A stretch of 64,000 bases of DNA from an uncultured Acidobacteriota bacterium (lineage in GTDB: Bacteria; Actinomycetota; Acidimicrobiia; Spongiisociales; ZC4RG35): contig CAVRHE010000001.1 of assembly GCA_963720925.1 (NCBI GenBank), positions 10,686 to 74,685 of the forward strand, written 5' to 3'. A program made the position numbers and the translations under genes. Of the stretch, positions 54,227 to 64,000 are shown piece after piece. Each line of letters opens with the position of its first letter. The stretch's first letter is position 1. A model generated the notes under the pieces. It had not been told where the DNA came from and did not search any database. It worked only from the letters and a program-made list of their open reading frames with translations.

Positions 54227-55356
54227 AGCCCGTGCATCGTGTCCAGGATGAGGTGGTCGACCACTGCTTCCAGCGCCTCCCGTTCACCGGCCCCGGCATC
54301 CACCGCCGCCCGGTGTACGGCGAGCTGTCGATGGGCGCTTGTCCCCTCGTTGATGATCGTGCGCATGTGCCGCAACTCCTCGATGACGTCGAATTCGAGC
54401 GCGTCCTGCGCCAGCATCTCGATGGCCTCCTCCATGAGGTCCGAGAACTGCACCAGCTCACCGCGGCCGAAATCGATCAGTGATCCGTCGGTCCCGTAAC
54501 GCTGCGCCCGCCACATGTTCTCCGAGATGAGGAAGGGCGAGTAGACCCGCCACCTCTGGTTTCGCCGTCGGAGACGGAAGAGATAGCCGAGCAGGCAGAG
54601 GTAGAAGGCCGCCACGGTCATTGCGTCGTCGAGCCGGGTGCAAACGTCGCTGATCCTCATCTCGAGCGTCGGGTAGCGGGCTGAGGGCCGTATGTCCCAC
54701 CACAGCTTGGTGGCGTCTTCGATGATCCCCGCCTCGACCAGGATGTTCACCGTTCGCTGGTACTCACCCCAGGACTCGAACTCCTCGGGGGCGCCGGTTC
54801 GAGGCATGTTCTTGAAGATGATCGGGCGGTAGGCGAGGAGACCGGTGTCGCTCCCCGCCCAGAATGGCGACGACGTGCTCAGGGCGAGGACGTGGGGGAG
54901 CATGTAGCGGATCTGGTTCATCAGGTCGATGCGCAGGTGCTCGTCCTCGATCCCGACATGGACGTGCATGCCGCAGATGACCATCTGGCGAGCGACGACC
55001 TGGTAGTCGGCGGCGATCCGCTGGTATCTGGGCTGCTCGGTCGGCTCCTGTTCCATCCAGTTCGCGAATGGATGGGTGGAGGCGGCGACGATCGCTGCCC
55101 CGTACTCGTTGACCACTCCCGACAGGTCGCGACGAAGGCCGGCGAGGTCGTCGCGCGCCTCCGCCAGCTTGGCGCACACCTTGGTTCCGACCTCGATCTG
55201 CGCCTTGAGGAACTCGGGGGCGACCTGGGGCCCGAGCACCTCCCGCAGGGAATCCCACATCTCGGCCGGCGGGTCCTTGACCAGATCCCTGGTCTGGCGG
55301 TCCACGACCAGGTATTCCTCTTCGATGCCGATGGTGAAGGCGGGCCGGTCGATCAC
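54223..55356 (-). CDS. Carboxylate-amine ligase (YbdK/GCS2 family)
   Basis: TIGIEEEY, GMHVHVG, SSPFW, WWDIRP, TLEMRISD. Confidence 0.9.
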   Translation of the reverse strand: MIDRPAFTIGIEEEYLVVDRQTRDLVKDPPAEMWDSLREVLGPQVAPEFLKAQIEVGTKVCAKLAEARDDLAGLRRDLSGVVNEYGAAIVAASTHPFANWMEQEPTEQPRYQRIAADYQVVARQMVICGMHVHVGIEDEHLRIDLMNQIRYMLPHVLALSTSSPFWAGSDTGLLAYRPIIFKNMPRTGAPEEFESWGEYQRTVNILVEAGIIEDATKLWWDIRPSARYPTLEMRISDVCTRLDDAMTVAAFYLCLLGYLFRLRRRNQRWRVYSPFLISENMWRAQRYGTDGSLIDFGRGELVQFSDLMEEAIEMLAQDALEFDVIEELRHMRTIINEGTSAHRQLAVHRAAVDAGAGEREALEAVVDHLILDTMHGL

Positions 55357-55366
55357 AGGGCGAAAC

Positions 55367-55972
55367 CTAGAGGTCGGTGCTCATGACATGCCGTCTGGCC
55401 CGGGCACAATCCTCACGCACATGACAGCCTTCGAGATGATCATTGACCAGGCCCATGGCCTGCATGAAGGCATAGACCGTGGTCGGGCCGACGAAGGACC
55501 ATCCCCGCTTCTTCAAATCCTTGGAGAGGGCGGTCGAGACCTCGGTCGTCGCCAGGATCTCGACCGGTGGCGGTGACTCGGGCTCGGCCCACGACCAGAA
55601 GTAGGCCGCCAAAGAGCCTCGCTCCTCGATGACTTCGAGCGCCCGTCCTGCATTGTTGATGGTCGAGCGGATCTTCCCTTGGTGGCGGACGATGCCGGCG
55701 TCGGCCAGAAGTCGTGCCACGTCTTCCTCGCCGAACGCGGCGACAGTGGCTGGGTCGAACCCGGCGAACCCGGCTCGGAAGCTCTCCCGCTTGCGCAGGA
55801 TGGTGAGCCAGGAGAGACCTGCCTGAAATCCCTCGAGACAGATCTTCTCGAAGAGTCGGCTGTCATCAGTGACCGACCGGCCCCACTCGTCATCGTGGTA
55901 CTGCCGATAGATCTCAGGCTCGGCTCCCCACCAGCATCGTGGGACTCCGTCCTCGCCGATCACCAGATCCAT
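55367..55972 (-). CDS. tag: DNA-3-methyladenine glycosylase I
   Basis: RCWW, YHDDEWG, LEGFQAGLSW, GPTTVYAFMQAMGLVNDH...C. Confidence 0.95.
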   Translation of the reverse strand: MDLVIGEDGVPRCWWGAEPEIYRQYHDDEWGRSVTDDSRLFEKICLEGFQAGLSWLTILRKRESFRAGFAGFDPATVAAFGEEDVARLLADAGIVRHQGKIRSTINNAGRALEVIEERGSLAAYFWSWAEPESPPPVEILATTEVSTALSKDLKKRGWSFVGPTTVYAFMQAMGLVNDHLEGCHVREDCARARRHVMSTDL

Positions 55973-56046
55973 GCAGACACACTATTTGATCGTTTGTTTC
56001 TCGCTGCTTTGGCCTGCTTTGTCCGGGTCGGATCTAAGTTGTCCTC

Positions 56047-57589
56047 ATGAGATCGAAGACGGCCCGCGATGCGCTGTCGGGCGCGGTGGCTGCCACTGTC
56101 GCACTCGGTATTTCCGAGTTGGCGGCCGGATTGCTCGGTCTGCCCTCGTTGATCGGGGGGATGGGCAACTGGGTGATCGACATGGTGCCCACCCCGATCA
56201 AGGAATGGGCCATCGCCACCTTTGGCACCGAATGACAAGCTGGTCCTTCTCATCGGGATCATCGTGGTGACGATCCTCGTGGGCGCTGTAGTCGGTGTCG
56301 TGGCCCGTGATCGCTTCGGGATCGCGATGGCGGCCTTCATCGGGTTCTCCGCTCTTGCCGCACTGGCCGCCCTCGACGACCCGAAGGTGTCCTTGGGGTT
56401 GGCCGTGATCCCTGCGGGCCTGGCCGCGATCTCCGGGCTCGTGGCCCTGCAATGGCTCTATGCCCGGGGTGCCGAGCCGGCGGGTTCGCCCTCCGATGAA
56501 GGAGCGCCGCACGGCGTCTCACGACGTGGCTTCGTCATTGGGGCGGGAGCACTTTTTGGGCTGGCGGTGCTCTCCGGTGGCATCGGGCGGGCGCTGGTGA
56601 ATCGCACGACACGTTCGGCGTCGGGGCGGGCCGAAGTAGCCCTTCCCGCCGCCGCCGAGGCGCTCCCGGCGGTTCCCGAAGCAGCCGAGCTCGGAGTCGA
56701 GGGCCTCAGCTCGGTGGTCACGCCCAATGAGGTGTTCTATCGGATCGACACCGCATTCCTCGGGGTCCCCCGCGTCGACATCCAGGAGTGGGCCCTGTCG
56801 ATCGAGGGGAGGGTCGATAGCCCCTATTCGATCTCCTATTTCGATCTACTCGACATGCCGTTGATCGAGAAGGACGTGACCCTGTCCTGTGTATCGAACG
56901 AGGTCGGTGGTGACCTCGTCGGGAACGCTCGTTGGCTCGGTGTGCCCCTGGCCGACATCCTCGACCGGGCGGGAGTTCGCGACGACGCCGAGCAGCTTGT
57001 CGGCCGTTCGGTGGACGATTTCACGGTCGGTTTCCCGGTCGAAGCCGTCTATGACGGCCGGGATGCCCTGATCGTGGTGGGCATGAACGGCGAGCCACTT
57101 CCGATGGAGCACGGCTTTCCGGCCCGTCTCGTCGTGGCGGGTCTTTACGGCTACGTATCGGCGACCAAATGGATCTCGTCGATCGAACTGACCGGATGGG
57201 ACGACTTCGACGCCTACTGGATCCCGCGGGGTTGGGCCAAGGAGGCACCGATCAAGACGCAGAGCCGGATCGACACCCCGACCCAGGGTGCGTCGATGGC
57301 GCCGGGAACGCGGCAGGTCGCCGGGGTGGCATGGGCGCCGACCAGGGGAATCTCCAAGGTGGAGGTCAGGCTGGGCGATGATGCCGAATGGGTGGAGGCG
57401 CGTCTCGCCGAGCCCTTGTCCGACAATTGCTGGCGGCAATGGGTGGTCGATTGGGATGCCCCCGCCGGGTCCCACCAGCTCCAGGTGCGCGCCACCGATG
57501 GGGAAGGCAACCTCCAGACCGACGAGCTCCGCCCACCTGCTCCCGACGGCGCCACGGGCTGGCACTACATTCAGGTCAGCGTGGGTTGA
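56047..57589 (+). CDS. Membrane-anchored molybdopterin oxidoreductase (sulfite oxidase/MsrP-like), frameshift ~56230
   Basis: N-terminal TMs, internal SRRGF, FYRIDT, TLSCVSN, HGFPAR, GLYGYVSATKW. Confidence 0.88.
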
Positions 57590-57590
57590 C

Positions 57591-58552
57591 TCACACCTGA
57601 TCTGTGGCCGCGACGGCCCAGGAGAGGCCGAGGTCGGTGCTGGATATGGCCAGACGGAGGAGCCATCCGGTCTCCGGGCTCCCATCGTCGAACCAATTCC
57701 AGCTGAGCCCGGCAACAGCGGCCCCCTATCGATTCGGGGTCTGCGGGCCAGTCCAGGTCGATCAGCGTCGCCACCGCCCACCAGGCCAGATAGCGCCCGG
57801 CGGCGGCGCCGCGGCGGCGGCCATGTGCCCCTCCGGAGGCGGCGGCCCACCCCATCCAGGCCAGACCGTGACTCGGGTCGATCGAGGCAACCCGCGCTCG
57901 CGTCATGCCCAACGCCGCGATCGCCGCCAGGTGATCTCCCTCCACCGCCGTCGCCTGCGAGCGTCCGTTCGACTGATCGGTCCAAGGCTCGACGAGGTCA
58001 CCAAGGGCGGCGAGCGAGTCGGTGTCGTCGATCGACTCCACCTGAACGGGCAGGATCGACCTCAACGGTCCCGGGGATCCGTGGGGCGGGCGCCTCGACC
58101 TTGTCCTTCTTGTATACAGCAGTGGGATAGGCCGGCTCCCATGTCATGAGCGTGGCGGGGAGGTCGGGGATCGGGATATCGATCGGCTCTCCGCGGACCA
58201 CCCGCTCGGCGGCGACGGTGTCTCGCTCGGGCCCGGGCGGGATATGGGGGGCCAGGTCGACCCATGGCTTGGTGCTCGCCGCCACCTCGGGCAAGGGGCC
58301 CAGGGCAAAGCGTGATTGTCCTTCGGCCACCACTGGTCCTGCGATCGGAGCCGGGGCCTCCAATACGAGGCGATATCGAATGTGCTCCTCGACGCCCCAG
58401 ACCTGTTTTCCCCTGCCCACCGCCTCGGCGCATCGATGCCGGAGCTCCATCAGGTCGTCCCAGCTCCGGCTGGAGCAGAGCCCGTCGACGATCCGGAGCA
58501 ACTCGTCTGTGTCTGACGACTCGATCGCCTCGATGGCCCTTGCCGCGATCAC
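57591..58552 (-). CDS. Hypothetical protein, two frameshifts
   Basis: GTG overlapping the rhodanese stop; coherent reading across ORFs 57998..59053 and 57571..58065, ending LRLAISSTDLGLSWAVAATDQV. Confidence 0.6.
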
Positions 58553-59356
58553 GGATTGGGCCCGGTGGCGACCGGCAGATCGCGTCTCGACCAGTCCGAG
58601 AACGACCCGATGTAGACGTCCGGCATGGGCTTTCCAGCGATGACGAGGGCGAGGGCGCCGTGGCAGGCGTTCACCCCACTGCCACAGGAAACGACCCCAT
58701 CGTCGGGGAAGTCCCGATAGACCTCGACCAGGTCGTCGCTGTCCCGAAAGCGCCCGCCGTCGAGATTGTCGGCGAGTGGGACATTCACTGCGCCGGGGAT
58801 GTGCCCGGCCTTGGGGTCGACCGGCTCGACCTCGCCCCGGTACCTCTCCGCTGACCGGACGTCGACGAGGTATCTCTCCTGCAGTTCGTTGTGTCGGACG
58901 ACACCAGTGAATCCGGCCACTGCAGGATATGCGGCCGGCCCCGGCGTCACCGAGCCCTTGTCGACACGGAAGCCGTGGCCGACCCATTCCTGAAGGCCGC
59001 CGTCGAGCACCCTCACGTGGCCCTGATGGCCGATCGACTCCAGCATCCACCACATCCGGGCTGCGACCGCTCCCGACATGTCGTCATACACGACGACATC
59101 GACGTCGGGTTCGAGGCCGAGGCGCCCAAGGGTGTCGACGAATTCGGAGATATCTGGGAGGGGATGTCGCCCATCGCCTTCGGCGCCCGCCAGGTCTCGG
59201 TCGAGGTCGACGAAGACAGCACCTGGAATGTGCCCTTGCTCGTAAGACTGGCGACCGGGTGTGGGCGAGGTGAGCGACCACCGCAGATCGAAGAGCTTCA
59301 CCTCCCCGAGGAGCTGACTCAGCTCAGTCGCCGAGATCAGTGGGTGCCTTGGGCAT
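58549..59356 (-). CDS. Tandem-rhodanese sulfurtransferase (SseA-like; start inferred)
   Basis: GHIPGA twice, DGRHPLP, CGSGV active loop, YIGSFSDW. Confidence 0.9.
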
Positions 59357-59650
59357 CATCCCTGCCTCTGATCTCATCGCCGAGACCGGAGACGGTGGCG
59401 CCGAGGGCGGCGGCGAAGGATCCAGCTGCCCGTTTCAGGCTCGCCCGGGTGTCAGGGTCACTGAGGGCGGCAGACAACGATGCCGCCACCTGATCCCAGG
59501 CTCCGGCCAGCGTCGACAGTGCCTTCTTGATCTCTTCTTCGGTTGGGCCGTCGTCGGATGCGGCCTGCCGGTAGGTGCTCCACAGGCGGTCCTTCAACGA
59601 TGACCATTCGACTGAGGCGGCATCCCAGGGATCTGTGTCCCCGTTTGACG
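59337..59650 (-). CDS. Small helical hypothetical protein (no clear start codon)
   Basis: Protein-like 3' part of ORF 59337..60164 filling the gap between the nuclease and rhodanese genes. Confidence 0.45.
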
Positions 59651-59663
59651 TAGGATCGGGCTG

Positions 59664-60536
59664 GTGCGTCTCCACCTTCTCGATGGTACCTACGAGCTGT
59701 TTCGCTCCCACTACGGCCGCAAGGACACCGTCATCGGCCCCGACGGGGCTGATCTCAAGGCGACGCTCGGGATCGTCGATTCGACGCTGGCTCTGCTCCG
59801 TGAGCCCGGGGTCACCCATCTGGCCGCCAGTTTCGACACGGTGATCGAGTCGTTCCGCAATGTCATGTTCCCGGCGTACAAGTCGTCCGCCGGCATGGAC
59901 CCCGACCTCCTCGCCCAGTTCCCTGTCGCCGAGACGGCCCTGGAGGCGATTGGAGTCGTGGTGTGGCGCAACATCGAGTTCGAGGCGGACGACGCCATCG
60001 CAACTGCCGCGATCCGGTGGGTGGAGGACGTGGACCAGGTGGTCATCGCGACGCCCGATAAGGACCTGAACCAGTGCGTGATCGGCGGGCGGATCGTCAC
60101 CTACAACCGCCGTGAACAGAAACTGCTCGACGAGGCGGCGGTGGTGGAGAAGTTCGGGATCCATCCGGAATCGATACCCGACTACCTAGCGCTGGTTGGC
60201 GACACCGCCGATGGGGTGCCGGGACTTCCCGGGTGGGGGGCGAAGTCGGCTGCGGCCGTGCTCTCCCGCTATCCGCGCCTCGAGCTGATTCCCGATTCGG
60301 CCGCCGATTGGGAGGTGACGGTGCGTAGCGGAGACAAGCTCGCCGCCGTGCTCCGGGAGAACCAGGAAGCGGTCCATCTCTTCCGGGAGCTCACCACGCT
60401 CCGGCTCGATGTGCCCATCGAGGAGTCGTTGGCCGACCTCGAGTGGAGAGGCGTGCCCCGCGCCGCCTTCGAAGCCTTTTGCGGGTCCGTCGGCTTCGAC
60501 CCGGAGGCGATCCGGGTCCACCGCTGGGCGGATTGA
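59664..60536 (+). CDS. Stand-alone 5'-3' exonuclease / flap endonuclease
   Basis: LLDG, EADD, DKD, LVGDTADGVPGLPGWGAKSA; no polymerase domain. Confidence 0.9.
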   Translation: MRLHLLDGTYELFRSHYGRKDTVIGPDGADLKATLGIVDSTLALLREPGVTHLAASFDTVIESFRNVMFPAYKSSAGMDPDLLAQFPVAETALEAIGVVVWRNIEFEADDAIATAAIRWVEDVDQVVIATPDKDLNQCVIGGRIVTYNRREQKLLDEAAVVEKFGIHPESIPDYLALVGDTADGVPGLPGWGAKSAAAVLSRYPRLELIPDSAADWEVTVRSGDKLAAVLRENQEAVHLFRELTTLRLDVPIEESLADLEWRGVPRAAFEAFCGSVGFDPEAIRVHRWAD

Positions 60537-60582
60537 ACGGCAATGACCTGAGGGTCCACGCCGTGAAGCGGCAATTTCAGCG

Positions 60583-62559
60583 CTAGGCCGCCGCCCCCGG
60601 CTCCTCGTCTTCCCCGGAGAACTGGGAGTTGTAGAGGTCGGCGTAGGCGCCGTCGAGAGCGATCAGCTCCTCGTGGTTTCCCTGTTCGACGATGCGGCCC
60701 GCATCCATCACCAGGATGAGGTCGGCGTCACGGATCGTGGACAGTCTGTGGGCGATCACGAAGCTGGTGCGGTCGGTGCGAAGGGCGGCCATCGCATGCT
60801 GGAGCAGTGCCTCGGTGCGGGTGTCGACTGAGCTCGTTGCCTCATCCAGGATCAACAGGGCGGGGTCGGCCAGAAAGGCCCGGGCGATGGTGATGAGCTG
60901 CTTCTCACCGGCACTGACGTTGCTCCCCTCGTCGTCGATCATCGTGTCGTAGCCATCGGGGAGACTGTGCACGAAGCGATCGACGAACGTAGCGCGCGCC
61001 GCCTCCAGGATCTCGTCTTCGGTCGCTTCCGGGCGGCCGTAGGCGATGTTCTCACGGATCGTCCCCCGGAACAGCCAGGTGTCCTGCAACACCATCCCGA
61101 TCTCGGATCGGAGGTCGGCGCGACGCATGTCGGCGATGTCGACTCCGTCGAGAGTGATTATTCCCGAGTCCAGCTCGTAGAACCGCATGATGAGATTTAC
61201 GAGCGTCGTCTTGCCCGCGCCAGTGGGACCGACAATGGCCACCGTCTGCCCGGGCTCGACGGTGAGGGAAAGGTCCTCGATCAGGGGCCGATCCTCGTCA
61301 TACCGGAAGGACACCCGCTCGAAGGCCACCCGTCCATGCGGGTCCTCGACCATGATCGGCTGGTCGTCGTCAGCCACTTCCTCGTCTGCGTCGAGCAGCT
61401 CGAACACTCGTTCGGCCGAGGCGACGCCCGACTGCAGGAGGTTGATCATCGAGGCGATCTGGGTGATGGGCTGGGCGAACTGGCGTGAATACTGAATGAA
61501 AGCCTGGACGTCTCCGAGGGTCATGGTCCCGCTGGCCACCCGCAGCCCGCCGACTACGGCGACGATCACGTAGTTCAAGTTCCCGATGAACATCATGATC
61601 GGCATGATCAAGCCGGAGAGGAATTGGGCGGAGAAGCTGGATTCGTACAGGGCCTCGTTCTCCACCCCGAAGCTCTCCTCTACCTCGCGCTGGCGGCCGA
61701 AGACTTTGACCAGGCTGTGACCCGTGAACGCCTCCTCGATCTGCGCGTTGAGGGTCCCGGTGCGACGCCACTGAGCGATGAAATGCTTCTGTGACCGTTT
61801 CATCACCGTGCCGGCAATGATCATGGTGAGCGGGATCGTCACCAGTGCGATCAGCGCCAATGTCGGCGAGATGGAGAACATCATCGCGACCACGAAGATC
61901 ACGGTGAGGAGCGAGTTCAACATCTGGCTCATCGTCTGCTGGAGGCTCTGGGACACGTTGTCGATGTCGTTGGTGACACGGCTCAACAACTCCCCGCGTG
62001 GCTGGCGGTCGAAGTAGCGCAGCGGAAGCCGGTTGAGCTTGTCCTCGACCTCGGACCGCATCCTGAAGATGGTCCTCTGGACCACGTCGTTGAGCAGGTA
62101 GCCCTGGAGGTAGCCGAGCAAGGCAGAGCCGACATAGATGGCAAGGGCGAGCAGCAGCACCGTCCCCAACGCGCGGAAGTCGATGCCCTGGCCGGGGACC
62201 ACGTCCACCCCGGACAGCAACTCGGCGACCTGGCCCTGGCCGGTGGCCCGTGCCGCGTCGATCGCTTCGGCCTTGGTCATCCCGGCCGGGAGCTGGTTGC
62301 CCATGGCACCGGCGAAGATGATGTCGGTGGCCCAGCCCAAGACCCTGGGCCCGATCGCGGACAGACCGACGCTGAGAACGGCGGTGACGAGCACGGCGAT
62401 GACCTTGGGTCGCTGGGGGCGGAGTCGGCCGAGGAGCCTTTTCGCCGAAGGCCCGAATTCGAGCGACTTCTGACCGATCATCCCGCCGCCGAACGGGCCG
62501 CGCCCAGGTCCCGGCCCGGCCTGGACCCGCTCGGTGGTCTTCATCGTCCGGTCGCTCAT
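60583..62559 (-). CDS. ABC exporter, fused permease/ATPase
   Basis: GPTGAGKT, SAGEKQ, LILDEATS, AHRLSTI. Confidence 0.93.
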   Translation of the reverse strand: MSDRTMKTTERVQAGPGPGRGPFGGGMIGQKSLEFGPSAKRLLGRLRPQRPKVIAVLVTAVLSVGLSAIGPRVLGWATDIIFAGAMGNQLPAGMTKAEAIDAARATGQGQVAELLSGVDVVPGQGIDFRALGTVLLLALAIYVGSALLGYLQGYLLNDVVQRTIFRMRSEVEDKLNRLPLRYFDRQPRGELLSRVTNDIDNVSQSLQQTMSQMLNSLLTVIFVVAMMFSISPTLALIALVTIPLTMIIAGTVMKRSQKHFIAQWRRTGTLNAQIEEAFTGHSLVKVFGRQREVEESFGVENEALYESSFSAQFLSGLIMPIMMFIGNLNYVIVAVVGGLRVASGTMTLGDVQAFIQYSRQFAQPITQIASMINLLQSGVASAERVFELLDADEEVADDDQPIMVEDPHGRVAFERVSFRYDEDRPLIEDLSLTVEPGQTVAIVGPTGAGKTTLVNLIMRFYELDSGIITLDGVDIADMRRADLRSEIGMVLQDTWLFRGTIRENIAYGRPEATEDEILEAARATFVDRFVHSLPDGYDTMIDDEGSNVSAGEKQLITIARAFLADPALLILDEATSSVDTRTEALLQHAMAALRTDRTSFVIAHRLSTIRDADLILVMDAGRIVEQGNHEELIALDGAYADLYNSQFSGEDEEPGAAA

Positions 62560-64000
62560 GAGGCCACCTCCGCCCTCATTTGCGATTCGACGATCTCGAC
62601 GTAAGTGGGGCAGGTTGCCAACAGGGACTCATGAGTACCTAGCCCGACTACGGCACCGTCCTCCAGAACAAGGATCTGGTCGGCGTCGGCGATGGTGGAC
62701 ACCCGTTGCGCCACGATCACCACCGTGGAGTCGGCCGTATAGGGCTTCAACGCCCGACGCAGTCGGGCATCCGTTGCCAGGTCGACGGCAGAGAACGAGT
62801 CGTCGAAGAGATAGATCTCCGGACGGCGGATCAAGGCGCGGGCGATGGCGAGCCGCTGACGCTGGCCCCCGGAGACATTGGTCCCTCCCTGTGCGATCGG
62901 CGCCTCGAGCCCTCCCTCCATTGCGACCACGAAGTCCCGGGCCTGGGCGATCTCCAGGGCTGTCCACATCTCCTCTTCGGTGGCGCCCGGCTTCCCGTAT
63001 CTCAGGTTGCTGGCAACAGTCCCCGAGAAGAGGTAGGCCTGCTGGGGGACGAGGCCGATCTTCGACCACAACGTGTCGGCATCCATGTCACGGACGTCAA
63101 CGCCGTCCACGAGCACCCGCCCCTCGGTGGTGTCGATCAGCCGAGGGATGAGGGTGAGCAGAGTCGACTTGCCGGCACCGGTGGACCCGATGATGGCGGT
63201 GATCTGGCCGGGCCGGGTCACGAAGCTGACATCGTCGAGAACCGGATGGGATGCGCCCGGATACATGAACCCGACGCCACTCAGCTCCAACTCGCCGCGA
63301 CGATCGACCTCGGTCACCCCCGACACAGGCAGCACCACCGACGAGTCGGTGTCGAGCACCTCGGCGATGCGGTCCGAGCTCACGGCGGCTCGGGGGATCA
63401 TGACCAGCATGAAGGTGGCCATCATCACCGACCACAGGATCTGGATCAGATAGGAGAGGAAGGCGGTCAGGGCTCCGATCTCCATCGCGCCGGATTCGAT
63501 CCTCATCGCCCCGAACCAGAGTACGGCCACGCTTGACACGTTGAGGACCAGCATCAATACCGGGAACATGGCGGCCATCCAGCGACCTACCGACACCGAG
63601 ACATCGGTTAGCTCGGTGTTGGCCCGGCCAAACCGCTCGGTTTCGAACGGCTCGCGAACGAAGGCGCGTAGGACCCTGATCCCCGATGTCTGCTCACGGA
63701 GGACTCGGTTTACGACGTCGATACGACCCTGCATCAACCGATATCCGGGCACCATGTGGGAAACGATGAAGCCGATCGCCACTCCCAGGACCGGCACGGC
63801 GACGGCCACGAGCCAGAACAGCCCGACATCCTCCCGCAGCGCCATGATGATCCCGCCCACCATCATGATCGGGGCCATCAACATCATGGTCAGGCTCATG
63901 AAGACGAGGGTCTGGACCTGCATGACGTCGTTGGTGTTACGGGTGATGAGCGAGGGTGCGCCGAACTTGGCCATCTCGCGGGCCGAGAACTCGCCGACCC
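62556..64000 (-). CDS. ABC exporter partner subunit with degenerate site (5' truncated by window)
   Basis: GSTGAGKS, VSGGQRQR, LFDDSFSA, AQRVSTI. Confidence 0.93.
   Translation of the reverse strand, partial: VGEFSAREMAKFGAPSLITRNTNDVMQVQTLVFMSLTMMLMAPIMMVGGIIMALREDVGLFWLVAVAVPVLGVAIGFIVSHMVPGYRLMQGRIDVVNRVLREQTSGIRVLRAFVREPFETERFGRANTELTDVSVSVGRWMAAMFPVLMLVLNVSSVAVLWFGAMRIESGAMEIGALTAFLSYLIQILWSVMMATFMLVMIPRAAVSSDRIAEVLDTDSSVVLPVSGVTEVDRRGELELSGVGFMYPGASHPVLDDVSFVTRPGQITAIIGSTGAGKSTLLTLIPRLIDTTEGRVLVDGVDVRDMDADTLWSKIGLVPQQAYLFSGTVASNLRYGKPGATEEEMWTALEIAQARDFVVAMEGGLEAPIAQGGTNVSGGQRQRLAIARALIRRPEIYLFDDSFSAVDLATDARLRRALKPYTADSTVVIVAQRVSTIADADQILVLEDGAVVGLGTHESLLATCPTYVEIVESQMRAEVAS

Noticed and set aside
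56222-56240. In-frame TGA as possible selenocysteine, given selD
   Set aside because: The protein continues in a different frame. Removing one base gives FGTNDKLVL, so this is an indel, not read-through.
582-58552. Widespread pseudogenisation or programmed frameshifting
   Set aside because: Single-base indels hit important genes (glnE, ctaB, ctaD) in both segments, often at short homopolymers and with motifs intact, which fits sequencing error.

Overview
The window looks like two unrelated genomes joined at about position 8250. Bases 1-8250 resemble Bradyrhizobium-type Alphaproteobacteria: MlaD/MCE, an FMN alpha-hydroxy-acid dehydrogenase, DMT and Bug transporters, a chemoreceptor, two rhizobial REP-like doublets and Shine-Dalgarno starts. 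Bases 8251-64000 resemble a high-GC actinobacterium, probably Acidimicrobiia-like (taxonomy is inferred), with many apparently leaderless genes. Both genes at the join are truncated. The large segment carries glnE/nadE, mgtE/greA, and a translationally coupled selD-ferredoxin-hydrolase-aceK run. It also has a Bacillus-like cytochrome c oxidase operon (heme-c-fused subunit II) flanked by several uncharacterised His/Cys-rich envelope proteins that may form a copper-delivery module. Further on are serC-like/serA-like genes, galK, lgt, a 14.4 kb co-oriented peptidase/transporter/sulfatase block ending in a 100-bp tandem duplication, then a Moco oxidoreductase, a rhodanese, a flap-type nuclease and an ABC exporter. 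Single-base frameshifts are frequent and most probably long-read errors. I found no tRNA, rRNA, CRISPR array, transposase or integrase. All calls come from motif recognition without database searches.
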